Below, piece by piece: positions 23,916-33,131 of a DNA stretch of 64,000 nucleotides. The first letter of the stretch is position 1, and every line of letters starts with the position of its first letter. The stretch lies in NCBI GenBank assembly GCA_040767155.1, contig JAXGPC010000002.1, forward strand, positions 806,863 to 870,862, read 5' to 3'. Source of the stretch: Anaerolineae bacterium. Lineage in GTDB: Bacteria; Chloroflexota; Anaerolineae; B4-G1; SLSP01. The notes under the pieces were generated by a model, which was not told where the DNA came from, searched no databases, and worked only from the letters and a program-made list of their open reading frames with translations. Position numbers and translations under genes: made by a program.

Positions 23916-25295
23916 TCAGCCAGCCCGACTGGCTCTGCGAACGGCAATATCGGTGAAACGGACCGGGCCATCCTGAGCGTAGAAGAAGAGCAGGTCCCCG
24001 GCAAGTTGGGGCAGACGATTTGCCAGGCACCGTTCTCCCCCCGGATGACCGGTGTTCACGGACACATCGATGAGGTCATCGATCATCACGAGGTCAAGCT
24101 GGAACGGATGGTCAAGGCCGCGTACGAGGGGCAGGGATACGTCCGCCAGGCTTACGGTCGCCTCGTGGGGATCGAAGCGCAGGTCATAGCCTGATGCGAA
24201 GGCGCCGCTTCCCCGGAGCCTCAGGCCAAACGCGTGGGCACCGTTGGGCTCGATCCGCAGGGTGATGTGGACATTACGAGGTACGTCCGAAAACGCAGCT
24301 ACCTCGAATCCCATCGACGCGGTCATTGCGATGCTGCTGGTTGCGACGATTGTATGGCCTGTGAGGGGTTGCATTGGCAGCTCAAGCTTCACATCCGACG
24401 ATGGGACCATTTCGGGTACGAAACGTGTTCCGAGGGTCCCATCTGAGTGCTGGGTGAGCTCCCGGAAAACCAATGCGCCGCCCCATTGCCGGGCACCGCG
24501 GTCGAGATGGCCCTCGCGCGTTCCTACCCAGGCCACGCTCAACCGCCGTTGTGGGCCGAACGGTGCGGTCTTGATCACCGCTGCCATCGCTCCATCCAGC
24601 GTGTCCACGACAGGACGTTGCCAGGGTCCCAGGGGCCCTCGTGCCATCCGGTAGTGGGTTACGAGCCCGTGGCTGTACAGGAGGTACCACCAGCCGTTCC
24701 ACGCAAAGAGGTCGGGACATTCCGGAGGGCCGGCATACCCGGACTCGTAGAACGGCTCCTGCACCTCCCAGTGCTCCAGATCGCGCGACGTCAGATGTGC
24801 AAGACAGCCTCCATAGCCCTCGACGGCTGGCTTCGCAAGCGCCGATGTGACGAGCATGTGAAAGGTGCCCGTCTCGGGGTCACGGAAGACGAAGGGATCG
24901 CGATAGTCAACAGGCGAGAAGCGCGGCCCCGGCGATGCCAGGGGTGGGCGTTTCGTGAAGGTGATGCCGTCGCAGCTTGTGGCAACGCCAAGGTGTTGTG
25001 TCCAGTCGGGACGGCGTGTTGCATAGAAGGCGTAGGTTGTCCCGGCGTGGTAGAACGCCGAGCCCGTGCAGATCGAGCCCTCCCACGGCTCGGTGATCGC
25101 CAGCGCTAGTGGATGATGCTCCCAATGGACCAGGTCTGTTGTCGTCGCGTGCGCCCACTGATGCCCGCCCAATCCCCCAAGGCTGCTATGGTGTCCGTGG
25201 TCGAGCAGATAGAACAGGTGGAAGGCACCATCCTGGTAGAACGGCATTGCATCACCGGCGAACGTGTCTGGTTCTGGAGGGGTGTAGTATTGCAT
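23916..25295 (-). CDS. Glycoside hydrolase family 32-like (five-bladed beta-propeller + beta-sandwich), no signal peptide
   Basis: AGDAMPFY, WAHATTTDLVHW, TGS, YRDPF, ECPD motifs. Confidence 0.85.
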   Translation of the reverse strand: MQYYTPPEPDTFAGDAMPFYQDGAFHLFYLLDHGHHSSLGGLGGHQWAHATTTDLVHWEHHPLALAITEPWEGSICTGSAFYHAGTTYAFYATRRPDWTQHLGVATSCDGITFTKRPPLASPGPRFSPVDYRDPFVFRDPETGTFHMLVTSALAKPAVEGYGGCLAHLTSRDLEHWEVQEPFYESGYAGPPECPDLFAWNGWWYLLYSHGLVTHYRMARGPLGPWQRPVVDTLDGAMAAVIKTAPFGPQRRLSVAWVGTREGHLDRGARQWGGALVFRELTQHSDGTLGTRFVPEMVPSSDVKLELPMQPLTGHTIVATSSIAMTASMGFEVAAFSDVPRNVHITLRIEPNGAHAFGLRLRGSGAFASGYDLRFDPHEATVSLADVSLPLVRGLDHPFQLDLVMIDDLIDVSVNTGHPGGERCLANRLPQLAGDLLFFYAQDGPVRFTDIAVRRASRAG

Positions 25296-25402
25296 AGTGT
25301 TAGGGTATTCAGTTCTTGGCAGAAGATGAGTGACCCGGCGATTCGCAAATCGGGTCAGGGGCCGACTGCCGCGTCTGGTAGATTCGCGGCATTCCTATCC
25401 CA

Positions 25403-25820
25403 TCAGGCTCCAAGTCCTCGTCCTGCCTCTTGCATCGCTTCGGCCACACGCATGCTGTTAACGGCATTCTGGAACGTGGAGCGAACAGGTCTGCCCGCGC
25501 AGGCCGCAGTGAGGAATTCGACATACTCGCCAACGATGCCGACACGTACGAGCTCCGGTGTTGCAGGATCGATCGCGGGGGCCACCGTCGCACAGCAGGT
25601 CATCGAGGCTCTGATAGACGCTACGAAAACCGTATTGGGCGGCGACAGCTCGGGCGGTCTCTTGCTCAAGGCTGTAGAGGCCCTGGAGGTTGAGTTCGAT
25701 GCCAGGCAACGCGTCGGGGTGGGTAAGCAGATAGGCCAGGGCCGGGAAGTGCTTGCTCCGGGCCCAACTGCCGGTTCCGACGAAGGCCAGATTGATCGGC
25801 CTGTTCGTTATAAGCATCAA
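25403..25820 (-). pseudogene. Gfo/Idh/MocA oxidoreductase remnant (internal deletion + frameshift)
   Basis: N-terminal Rossmann part (LAFVGTGSWARSKHFPAL...VYQSLDDLL) is joined out of frame near 25585 to a typical C-terminal part (EYVEFLTAACAGRPVRSTFQNAVNSMRVAEAM). Confidence 0.72.
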
Positions 25821-26665
25821 GCGTCCGCGCGGGCCGAGTCCAGTTCCGCGATAGCGCGGCTAAGGTAAGCGATGCTGCGACGGGTACCCTCACGGAAGGC
25901 CTCGCCACCTTCGTACTCACTGTAGATGGGGCCTTCATATCCCCGCGCCTTCAGGCTCGACAGTAACCACCCGAGCGGCAGTTCGCCCTCCCCGGCGGGC
26001 ACAAACTCAAAGCCGTCGTCAGTCCACTTGCCGTCCTTGATGTGGACGTTGACGATCAAAGGCACCATGGCCTCGAAATCGGCCCGCACCCGTGCTGCAT
26101 CGTGTCCGGCCCAGGCGAAGTTGCCGGTGTCGATCGTGAATCCGAGGTTAGGAGCACCGACCTCCCGCACGAGCTCGACCAGGGCTGGGCCATCGTTGAC
26201 CAGTCGCCCGTGATTCTCGATACCCAGCGTCACGCCCAGCACGCTGGCCAGCGCGCTGGCCTTGCGCAGTGCGGCGACGATGCCGCGCCGTGCTCCTGCG
26301 AACGTGATACCGGGCTTGACATCGCCTACAAAGGTCCGCACGACGGGGACCTGCATCTCGGAGGCGGCCCGACAGGTCGTCATCAAGCGTGCAATCTCCG
26401 CATCCAGGGCTGCTTCGGCTCCGGCGTCCATTGCCGTGCTCAGCGCGAAGTCGCAGTAGCCGCTTAGACTTCCGATTGTGAGGCCCGAGTGCTTCGCCCA
26501 GGTCAGGATCTGGGGGATGGTGCGGGCATCCAGACCGATGTCGTGGTGGCGCTGGGAGTTTCCATTGATCTCGATGACGGTCCCGCCCATGGCGGCGAGT
26601 TCGTCAAAGACCTGGGGCAGTTTCGTGCCGCTCCATCCGAGGCTGACTGCTCCGATTTTCATCAT
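25817..26665 (-). CDS. Sugar phosphate isomerase/epimerase (xylose-isomerase-like TIM barrel)
   Basis: GIENH, TIDTGNF, VHIKD, GEGELP, YSEYEG metal-binding motifs. Confidence 0.9.
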   Translation of the reverse strand: MMKIGAVSLGWSGTKLPQVFDELAAMGGTVIEINGNSQRHHDIGLDARTIPQILTWAKHSGLTIGSLSGYCDFALSTAMDAGAEAALDAEIARLMTTCRAASEMQVPVVRTFVGDVKPGITFAGARRGIVAALRKASALASVLGVTLGIENHGRLVNDGPALVELVREVGAPNLGFTIDTGNFAWAGHDAARVRADFEAMVPLIVNVHIKDGKWTDDGFEFVPAGEGELPLGWLLSSLKARGYEGPIYSEYEGGEAFREGTRRSIAYLSRAIAELDSARADA

Positions 26666-26683
26666 CGCTTGGCTGATCTCCTC

Positions 26684-27406
26684 TCAAAGGGTGACTGCCG
26701 CACGGGGCTGGAGCAGTTCGTAGATCCGCGTGGCCTGGTCGACCAGTGCGGGTAGCTCCTCGGCGGTGGCCACTTTGTCAAAAGTGTAGAGTACCATTAC
26801 CGATCCGCTTGCTTCGAGGCAGAGCGTCGTGTCGTTGTCAAAAACGGCTACCAGATCATCGCCAAAGAGCGACTGGACCGCAAGCCTGTCGTAGCCGTGG
26901 ATATGGGTTCGTTCCGTAAACGACGGGTAGGCTGGTAGCTTGATCTGTGCTGTGCCCAGAACCTTCTCCCGTAACTCGGGGTCGCGTGCGCGGGTAGCGA
27001 GTGCCTCGAAAGCACGCTGTGGCATCACCGAGAAGCTTGGAAGCGAGATGTCCTGCGCCTGAAGGCGGACGACCGTCTGCCGCCAGCTCTGGAGATAGCG
27101 GCCGAAGCGAACATTGAAGGTGTACTCGAACAGCGCGAGCTCTGGTGTGAGCCGGCCGTCCTCCGCAGGTGGAGCCCACGGTCGCTGCAGCGCGTTCTTG
27201 GGTGCGACCGGCATACCCTGGGCGAAAAGCAGGAAATCGGCAGGCAGCTCAAGCAACCGCGAGTCGCCCTCCGGGGCAAAGCTGAAGCCCATCACCTCGG
27301 CCTGTTTGCGCAGACGCCCTCTGCGTCGCCTCTCCTTGAGCTCGTGGAAGCCGTTGATGGACAGCACGATCAGGAGCAGGACACCAACACCGATCAGGAT
27401 TGGCAT
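26684..27406 (-). CDS. Hypothetical membrane-anchored protein
   Basis: RBS GGAGG; N-terminal TM helix followed by a basic stretch; fits between co-directional genes. Confidence 0.75.
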   Translation of the reverse strand: MPILIGVGVLLLIVLSINGFHELKERRRRGRLRKQAEVMGFSFAPEGDSRLLELPADFLLFAQGMPVAPKNALQRPWAPPAEDGRLTPELALFEYTFNVRFGRYLQSWRQTVVRLQAQDISLPSFSVMPQRAFEALATRARDPELREKVLGTAQIKLPAYPSFTERTHIHGYDRLAVQSLFGDDLVAVFDNDTTLCLEASGSVMVLYTFDKVATAEELPALVDQATRIYELLQPRAAVTL

Positions 27407-27487
27407 ATTGCCTCCATTTGTTGCAGGATACGCGCGAGGCAGTCAGGACGAAGCCCCTGGAGTCACGCGCGCTCGGTTACCGCGATG

Positions 27488-28261
27488 TTACTCCACTCCC
27501 ATCGCGCGGAGGTTGTTGTAGCTGATGCGCAGGCTCTCGAAGGGATCGCGTCGGCAGACGTCTTGCTCGATGGCGTACCACTCCACGTCCGCGATTTCAC
27601 AGGCTTCGAGGATACCTTCCCAGTTGAGGTTGCCCTCGCCGATTTCGGCCATCACTTGTTGGCCTCCGTCGATCACCATGTCCTTGAAATGGATGACGGG
27701 CATACGGTCTGCCATCTTGTCGATCCACGAGATCACGTCGCCGCCCCCGTGTTGCACCCAGTAAGTGTCGATCTCGGCCTTGAGGTAGGCGGGGTCACTC
27801 TCCTCATAGATCAGGTCGAGGCCGGTCCGGTTGCCGAACCGCACGAACTCGAAGCTGTGGTTGTGATAGCTAAAGGTCAACCCTGCGTCGGCCAGCTTGC
27901 GCCCGACCTCGGTCGCATCGCGGGCAAACTTCAGAAAACCCGCCTCGCCGTCCTCGCGGTAGGAAGCGGGCATGCTCCCAATCGCGACGTTGGGGCAGTT
28001 CCAGAGTTTGTGTTGGGCAATGGCACCATCGAGATCGTTCTGAAGATAGTCAAAGCCTACGTGGGTAATGCAGATTGTCAGGCCATGGGCATCGGTGATC
28101 GCACGGACCTCCTGGTGGGGGATGGTCGGACCGATCCCTGACACCTGCACAGCCGTATATCCGATATCTGCAATCTTGGCCATGCTCGACCGGAAATCGT
28201 CAGTTGTCTTGCAGAACTCGCGAACAGTGTACAGTTGTGCTGCCAGTCTTGGATGTGTCAT
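27488..28261 (-). CDS. Sugar phosphate isomerase/epimerase (IolE/XylA-like TIM barrel)
   Basis: AQLYTVR, YHNHSFEF, EIDTYWV, IHFKD, GEGNLNW, IEQD. Confidence 0.92.
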   Translation of the reverse strand: MTHPRLAAQLYTVREFCKTTDDFRSSMAKIADIGYTAVQVSGIGPTIPHQEVRAITDAHGLTICITHVGFDYLQNDLDGAIAQHKLWNCPNVAIGSMPASYREDGEAGFLKFARDATEVGRKLADAGLTFSYHNHSFEFVRFGNRTGLDLIYEESDPAYLKAEIDTYWVQHGGGDVISWIDKMADRMPVIHFKDMVIDGGQQVMAEIGEGNLNWEGILEACEIADVEWYAIEQDVCRRDPFESLRISYNNLRAMGVE

Positions 28262-29016
28262 CGGGTGTCTCCTCTAAGAGATCGCAACGTTGCTGCGTCC
28301 GCCAGGAATTGCTCCGGGCTATCATCGCGGACGAACTCGAGCAATGCAGTGTGATCGCGTCCGGTAGACGCGACAACTCCCAGGATCTTCCGCCACGCAT
28401 CGGCCTGCGTGTCGAGCGGGACACGTTGCCCAGCCTGCGAGGCCTGGACGTGTACGTGCTCCAGCCAGGGCAGGACGCTGAGCAGGCCCTCCAGATGCTC
28501 GACCAGCGACACTGCACTCTCGCGCATCTGCCAATAGCAGCGGACGGCTGGGTGGTTGACGTCAGTAAGTAGCCGGATTGCAGCCTCGTCGGTGTCGGTC
28601 AGCGTGTTGCCATGATATTCGAAGGCGATGCGTAGGCCTTCGGCCTGCGCCAGAGTTGCGATCCGTTGGGTATCGGCAACCACGCTGTCCCAGGTTGCTC
28701 TGGTCGCTTCCGGGGATCCGACCGTGCCGGCCCAGACGCGGATCACAGGTGCGCCGAGCGCAACTGCGGTGGAGAGGACACCCTCAAAGCGCTCGGGGTC
28801 CTGGCCCACACGGTAATAGGAGCCGTACGAGGGGATCTCAAGCCCTTCATCGCGTGTCACTCTCCGGACGGTGCGAGCTGTGTCCACATCGCCGTGCGGC
28901 ACGTGGACATCCCCGCCCCATTCGATGGCGTCGAGGTTGGCCTGACGCGCCAATGCGAGGATCGCTGGTGGCGTCAGTTTCCGAAATGTGACCGAGCACA
29001 GTCCTAGCCGTATCAT
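28258..29016 (-). CDS. Xylose-isomerase-like TIM barrel protein
   Basis: GLCSVTFR, IEWGGDVHVPHG, SYGSYY, IRVWAG, FEYHGNTLTD, LLEFV. Start at ATG 29016. Confidence 0.88.
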   Translation of the reverse strand: MIRLGLCSVTFRKLTPPAILALARQANLDAIEWGGDVHVPHGDVDTARTVRRVTRDEGLEIPSYGSYYRVGQDPERFEGVLSTAVALGAPVIRVWAGTVGSPEATRATWDSVVADTQRIATLAQAEGLRIAFEYHGNTLTDTDEAAIRLLTDVNHPAVRCYWQMRESAVSLVEHLEGLLSVLPWLEHVHVQASQAGQRVPLDTQADAWRKILGVVASTGRDHTALLEFVRDDSPEQFLADAATLRSLRGDTR

Positions 29017-29111
29017 CGCACCTCTCAAACTATGGTAGCGCAAGCCTGCGAAAAGGCGAACTCCTGACTCCTTGACATGGCGCTAGAGAGCTTCTGATCT
29101 GCTTGGGGAAG

Positions 29112-29120
29112 TGATACAAT
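29112..29120 (+). promoter_or_regulatory. Extended -10 promoter
   Basis: TGATACAAT ending 17 nt before ATG 29138; supports that start over GTG 29111. Confidence 0.5.
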
Positions 29121-29137
29121 CCGGAGCCGGGGACACT

Positions 29138-30151
29138 ATGCTCGAGAAACCCAGTATCCCGGATGAGACGCTTGTCAGCGCAGTGCAGACAGTGTTTGGC
29201 CTGCGTGTCACAGAGCTGACCTTTCTGCTCCTAGGCGCGGACCAGAATACGGCTGCCTACCGCGCCGAGGCTGACAGCCGGGCGTATTTCCTCAAGCTGC
29301 GGAGCGGTATCTGCCACGAGGCTTCAGTGACGTTGCCGCGCCTCATAAGCAACCGGGGCATCGAGCACCTTATCGTTCTGTTGGAGACCCTGGGTGGCCA
29401 TCTTTCGGCTGAGCTCGACCCTTTCCGGCTTTTCCTCTATCCGTTCATCACGGGGCGCGATGGGTATGAAGTAGCGCTGTCTGACGATCAGTGGATCGAC
29501 CTCGGGCGGACCATGCGACGTATCCACACAATGGCGCTCCCGGTGGACTTGCGACGCCAAATCAGATTGGAGCCGGCCGAGTCTCGTTGGGCCACTATCC
29601 TGAGGGATCTGCTTACCAGGCTCCCGACCGTGCCGAAGCCCGATGGGCTGGTGGCGGACCTGGTCCGGTTCCTGGAAGATCGCGAATGGGAGCTTCGCCA
29701 TGCCATCGCGCGTACCCAGGCGTTGGCGCGGATGGTACCGACGGTGCAGACCGAAAACGCCCTGTGTCACAGCGATCTCCACGCGGGCAATGTGCTAATT
29801 GAGCCGGATGGCGGGTTCTACATTGTGGACTGGGATGAGCCGGTCCTTGCGCCAAAGGAACGGGACCTGATGTTCATTGGTGGGGGCTACTGGGGTGACT
29901 GCCAACTGCCACAGGCAGAGGCTCTGTTCTACCGTGGGTATGGTACGACGGACGTCGATCTGTGCGCGTTGGCCAGCTATCGCTACACACGAGCCGTGGA
30001 GGATATCGCGCTCTTCTGTGAAGCCATTCTCGATCCGGGTACGGGCCAGTCAGATCGGGAACAGTCGTTCGTGTACCTCAGGTCGGCTTTCGAACCCGGC
30101 GGCGCGCTCGATGCCGCTCGTGCGGCGGATCGTCAGGCGGGTGTGTTTTGA
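29138..30151 (+). CDS. Aminoglycoside phosphotransferase family protein (APH(9)/spectinomycin phosphotransferase-like)
   Basis: LGAD...YFLKL, YPFITG, Brenner motif HSDLHAGNV, IVDWDEPVLAPKERDLMFIGGG. Confidence 0.85.
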   Translation: MLEKPSIPDETLVSAVQTVFGLRVTELTFLLLGADQNTAAYRAEADSRAYFLKLRSGICHEASVTLPRLISNRGIEHLIVLLETLGGHLSAELDPFRLFLYPFITGRDGYEVALSDDQWIDLGRTMRRIHTMALPVDLRRQIRLEPAESRWATILRDLLTRLPTVPKPDGLVADLVRFLEDREWELRHAIARTQALARMVPTVQTENALCHSDLHAGNVLIEPDGGFYIVDWDEPVLAPKERDLMFIGGGYWGDCQLPQAEALFYRGYGTTDVDLCALASYRYTRAVEDIALFCEAILDPGTGQSDREQSFVYLRSAFEPGGALDAARAADRQAGVF

Positions 30152-30175
30152 TCAGGTCCGTGGACCAGTGCTCAG

Positions 30176-30264
30176 TTAAGTTGGTTCGTAGGTGCCGACT
30201 CATCAATCCTGGGGCCACCTGCTGAAGCAGTGGAACGATTGAGGTCATACCTACAAACTCCTAA
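30176..30264 (-). ncRNA. Candidate structured RNA (long imperfect hairpin)
   Basis: Nested complementary blocks (see findings). G-U pairs favour the minus strand. Family not identified. Confidence 0.25.
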
Positions 30265-30350
30265 TCCTAGAATCAGCCTAACCAGGCACAAGCGAAGACG
30301 GCGACTGTATCGATTGCTATACAGCCTGTGCCATGCGGAGGTCGGTTAGT

Positions 30351-30379
30351 TTGACAATCCTAACTAAATCGACTATTAT
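30351..30379 (+). promoter_or_regulatory. Near-consensus sigma70 promoter with overlapping inverted repeat
   Basis: TTGACA(30351-56)-17 nt-TATTAT(30374-79); TTAGTT-N10-AACTAA straddles the -35. Confidence 0.75.
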
Positions 30380-30385
30380 GGTTGA

Positions 30386-33004
30386 GTGCGCGTTAGGAAA
30401 CCCGTCAGCTCGTGGATTGAGAGGTTGTGCCGTGCTCTGCGTTGCCGAGGTTTGGCCCGCGCCGCGCGGCGGTGCAATGCTCCGCCGGGTTGGGCGACAG
30501 TCAGGATTGTCCTTCTGATCCTTATCGCAGGGCCTGTCCACCTCTCTCTTGCTGCTCCCACCTCGCCAGCTTCGCCCTCAAGCACCACGTCCGGCCCGAC
30601 CTTCTTGACACAGAGTTTTCGCACAAACGTGAATGAGTACGTTCTGGGACGCGTGCCGCTCTACGGCAAGTTCGAGTTGGCGTTTCAGATTGGTAGTTCC
30701 ATCGCGACGAATCCCTATTTCCCTTTCGATGCTGACCCGCCACCTGGCATCGAGGCAGGGACCGGGATCAGTGTAGATGCCTTGCTCCTGGCACCCGGCG
30801 AGACCGATTGGGCGAGGGCAAGAACCGTGCCGTGTTTTGTCTATCAGCCCGTGAGGGAAGTGGGCGCCGGCGCGAGCGCGGCTCTGTTGCCGACCGGTGA
30901 GCCTGACTGGCGGTGCCGTTTTGCCCCCGATCGTGTGGGCACGTGGCGCTACCGCGTTCGTGCGACCGATGCGAGCGGCACGGCGGAGAGCGCTGAAGAG
31001 CAATTCGACTCCGCCCCTTCTGCCAGCAAGGGGTATGTCCGCGTCAGCGACCGCGATCCACGCTTCTTCGAGACCTCGGACGGGACGCCATTCGTCACGC
31101 CGCTTATCAATGTGGAACAGGGCAGCCCGTTCAACACGCTGGCATCCATTCGCGAGACGATCCCGCTGATGGGTGACGGTGGGATCCGCTTTCTGCGTTG
31201 GTTCCCGACTGGCGAGGGTGCGAACGTTTCTCTGGCGTCCTTTGCTGACACGATCAGGATAAATTGGGTGTTTGGTGATGGGTGGACGACGTCCGAAGGG
31301 GCTGATATCGCGGCGGGCAAGCTGTACAGCTATGCCCCCTATTACTATTCGTCACAGACGCTGCCCGTCATTCCCAACACGACCTACCGGCTTACGTTCC
31401 GTGCCCAAGTCGAGGGTGACCGCGTGTTGCGGCCCCAGCTTGGCAGCCTCGCAGGCGGTACGCTTGATATCTGTTCGCCAACTGGCACCTATCACCAGAC
31501 ACACGGCGGGACCTGCACGGTGCGAGCCGATGGCTGGCAGGACTATGTGCTCCAGGTTCAGACAGGCCCAACGGATACCTCGCTGAATGTCGGGGTGCGG
31601 GGTCTCTATGTCTCGGCAGATGCCCCGGCACCCTACAACAGCGCTCAGGGCGGGAGTGTCCTGGTTCACTCGCTTGTCCTTCAGCGCGACGAGAGCGGCA
31701 ATGGCGACTGGGGCCCGAATCTATTGCTGCGCTCAGACCCCGACAGCCACGTCTACGTCGATGCGCGGGCGGCGGCATTGCTCGATGAGGTCATGCGCCT
31801 CTCGGAACAGCACGGCGTCTACCATAAGTTGACGCTCTTCCACAAGAATGATGCGCTTTTGGCACGTTTCTTGCCCGATGGATCCGTGGGCACGTGGGAC
31901 ATTGATAACTTCTACGCGGCAGACGGGCTGGCCGCACGCTGGTACCAGGAAGCCTATGCCCGCTACTTTGTCGCCCGGTGGTCCTACTCGACAGCGTTGC
32001 ACTCGCTTGAGCTGGCGAATGAGAACAACTTCGATGCTGCGGCACAGGACGCCGCCTTCACCATCGCTCGCGTCGTGCGTGATCTCTCTCCGCGACACAT
32101 CCTGATGTCTAACTCCTTCTGGGGATGGTGGGTCGAGAGCTTCTGGACTGATCCGGTGCGCGGCGACCTGATGGATTACTCGGACAAGCACTGGTACGCG
32201 AACGAGAGCGGGTCTTCATGTGATGCTACGGGCGAGGCCTGCGAGCTGATTAGCAATGTCTGGGATGACTCCGCCGCCTACGTGCGCGAATGCACGCTAC
32301 GTTTCGACGAGTATCGGCATGCCTTTGGCTACGACAAACCGATCGTGCGGGGGGAGGGGGGCGTTGCCGTGGCCGCAACCGGGCCCCAGCACCCCTTGAT
32401 CGCCAAGGACACTGCCGGCATCTACTACCACAAGAAGCTATGGGCGCACGTGGGCACCCTCGGCTCGACGTGTGATGGGGAGTGGTACCCCAACCTCGCA
32501 GCCGAGTACACCTTGGGCGGCGAGTCGTACGACCTTTACGCTATGCTTGCTGCCTACGAGTCTTTCGTCGAGGGCGAGGCGCTGTCGAATGGCCGCTTTG
32601 TTGAGATCGGGACGGACCTGACCGAAGGGCAACGCATCGCTATCAGCCAGACGTCCGGCGCCCTTCGTGCGTGGGGCACACAGGATCAGCTCACGGATCG
32701 AACGCTCTTGTGGATTGACAATGCCAACCATACGTGGGCACGGGTGGCGTCGGGAGGCACTGTGCTGGCAGCGTCAGGCGTCTTGAGCCTGCCCGGGTTT
32801 GTGCCGGGACAGGCGTACCAGGTCGAGTGGTGGGACCCCTACGCGACCGCGTCGAACCGTCGACCGGTCGTCACTCTGTCGTTCGCGACGGCGCGTGCCG
32901 ATGGCACACTCCTGCTCAGCGTGGATGGGCTCACGCGCGACGTCGCGTTGAAGGTGTCGGGCACCAATCCGTACCGCTGCTTCTTGCCTGCTGTGATGCG
33001 TTGA
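30386..33004 (+). CDS. Secreted clan GH-A-like glycoside hydrolase (DUF5060-like N-terminal Ig domain, CBM-like insert, C-terminal FLPAVMR tail)
   Basis: Signal-like hydrophobic stretch; YGKFELAF/NPY/WRCRFAP...GTWRY; YFVARWSYS...ELANE (acid/base); PIVRGEGG (nucleophile-like); YQVEWWDP. Confidence 0.78.
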   Translation: MRVRKPVSSWIERLCRALRCRGLARAARRCNAPPGWATVRIVLLILIAGPVHLSLAAPTSPASPSSTTSGPTFLTQSFRTNVNEYVLGRVPLYGKFELAFQIGSSIATNPYFPFDADPPPGIEAGTGISVDALLLAPGETDWARARTVPCFVYQPVREVGAGASAALLPTGEPDWRCRFAPDRVGTWRYRVRATDASGTAESAEEQFDSAPSASKGYVRVSDRDPRFFETSDGTPFVTPLINVEQGSPFNTLASIRETIPLMGDGGIRFLRWFPTGEGANVSLASFADTIRINWVFGDGWTTSEGADIAAGKLYSYAPYYYSSQTLPVIPNTTYRLTFRAQVEGDRVLRPQLGSLAGGTLDICSPTGTYHQTHGGTCTVRADGWQDYVLQVQTGPTDTSLNVGVRGLYVSADAPAPYNSAQGGSVLVHSLVLQRDESGNGDWGPNLLLRSDPDSHVYVDARAAALLDEVMRLSEQHGVYHKLTLFHKNDALLARFLPDGSVGTWDIDNFYAADGLAARWYQEAYARYFVARWSYSTALHSLELANENNFDAAAQDAAFTIARVVRDLSPRHILMSNSFWGWWVESFWTDPVRGDLMDYSDKHWYANESGSSCDATGEACELISNVWDDSAAYVRECTLRFDEYRHAFGYDKPIVRGEGGVAVAATGPQHPLIAKDTAGIYYHKKLWAHVGTLGSTCDGEWYPNLAAEYTLGGESYDLYAMLAAYESFVEGEALSNGRFVEIGTDLTEGQRIAISQTSGALRAWGTQDQLTDRTLLWIDNANHTWARVASGGTVLAASGVLSLPGFVPGQAYQVEWWDPYATASNRRPVVTLSFATARADGTLLLSVDGLTRDVALKVSGTNPYRCFLPAVMR

Positions 33005-33040
33005 GAATGGGCGGCAGCCCATGCCGCCCATTCTCAACGC
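32998..33040. terminator. Perfect 19-bp stem hairpin at the end of the hydrolase gene
   Basis: GCGTTGAGAATGGGCGGCA-GCCCA-TGCCGCCCATTCTCAACGC between convergent genes; no clear U-tract. Confidence 0.6.
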
Positions 33041-33131
33041 CATTGCACGTAGTGTGGGAGGATGACCCGGTCGCTCGGCGGTCGGAGGGGGCTCTGCTCC
33101 GTAGCGACGGATGGACGCTGGCTGGCGCAGA

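Noticed and set aside
30152-30170. TCAGGTCCG resembling SRP RNA helix 8
   Set aside because: The required GGAAGGAAGCAG continuation is absent.
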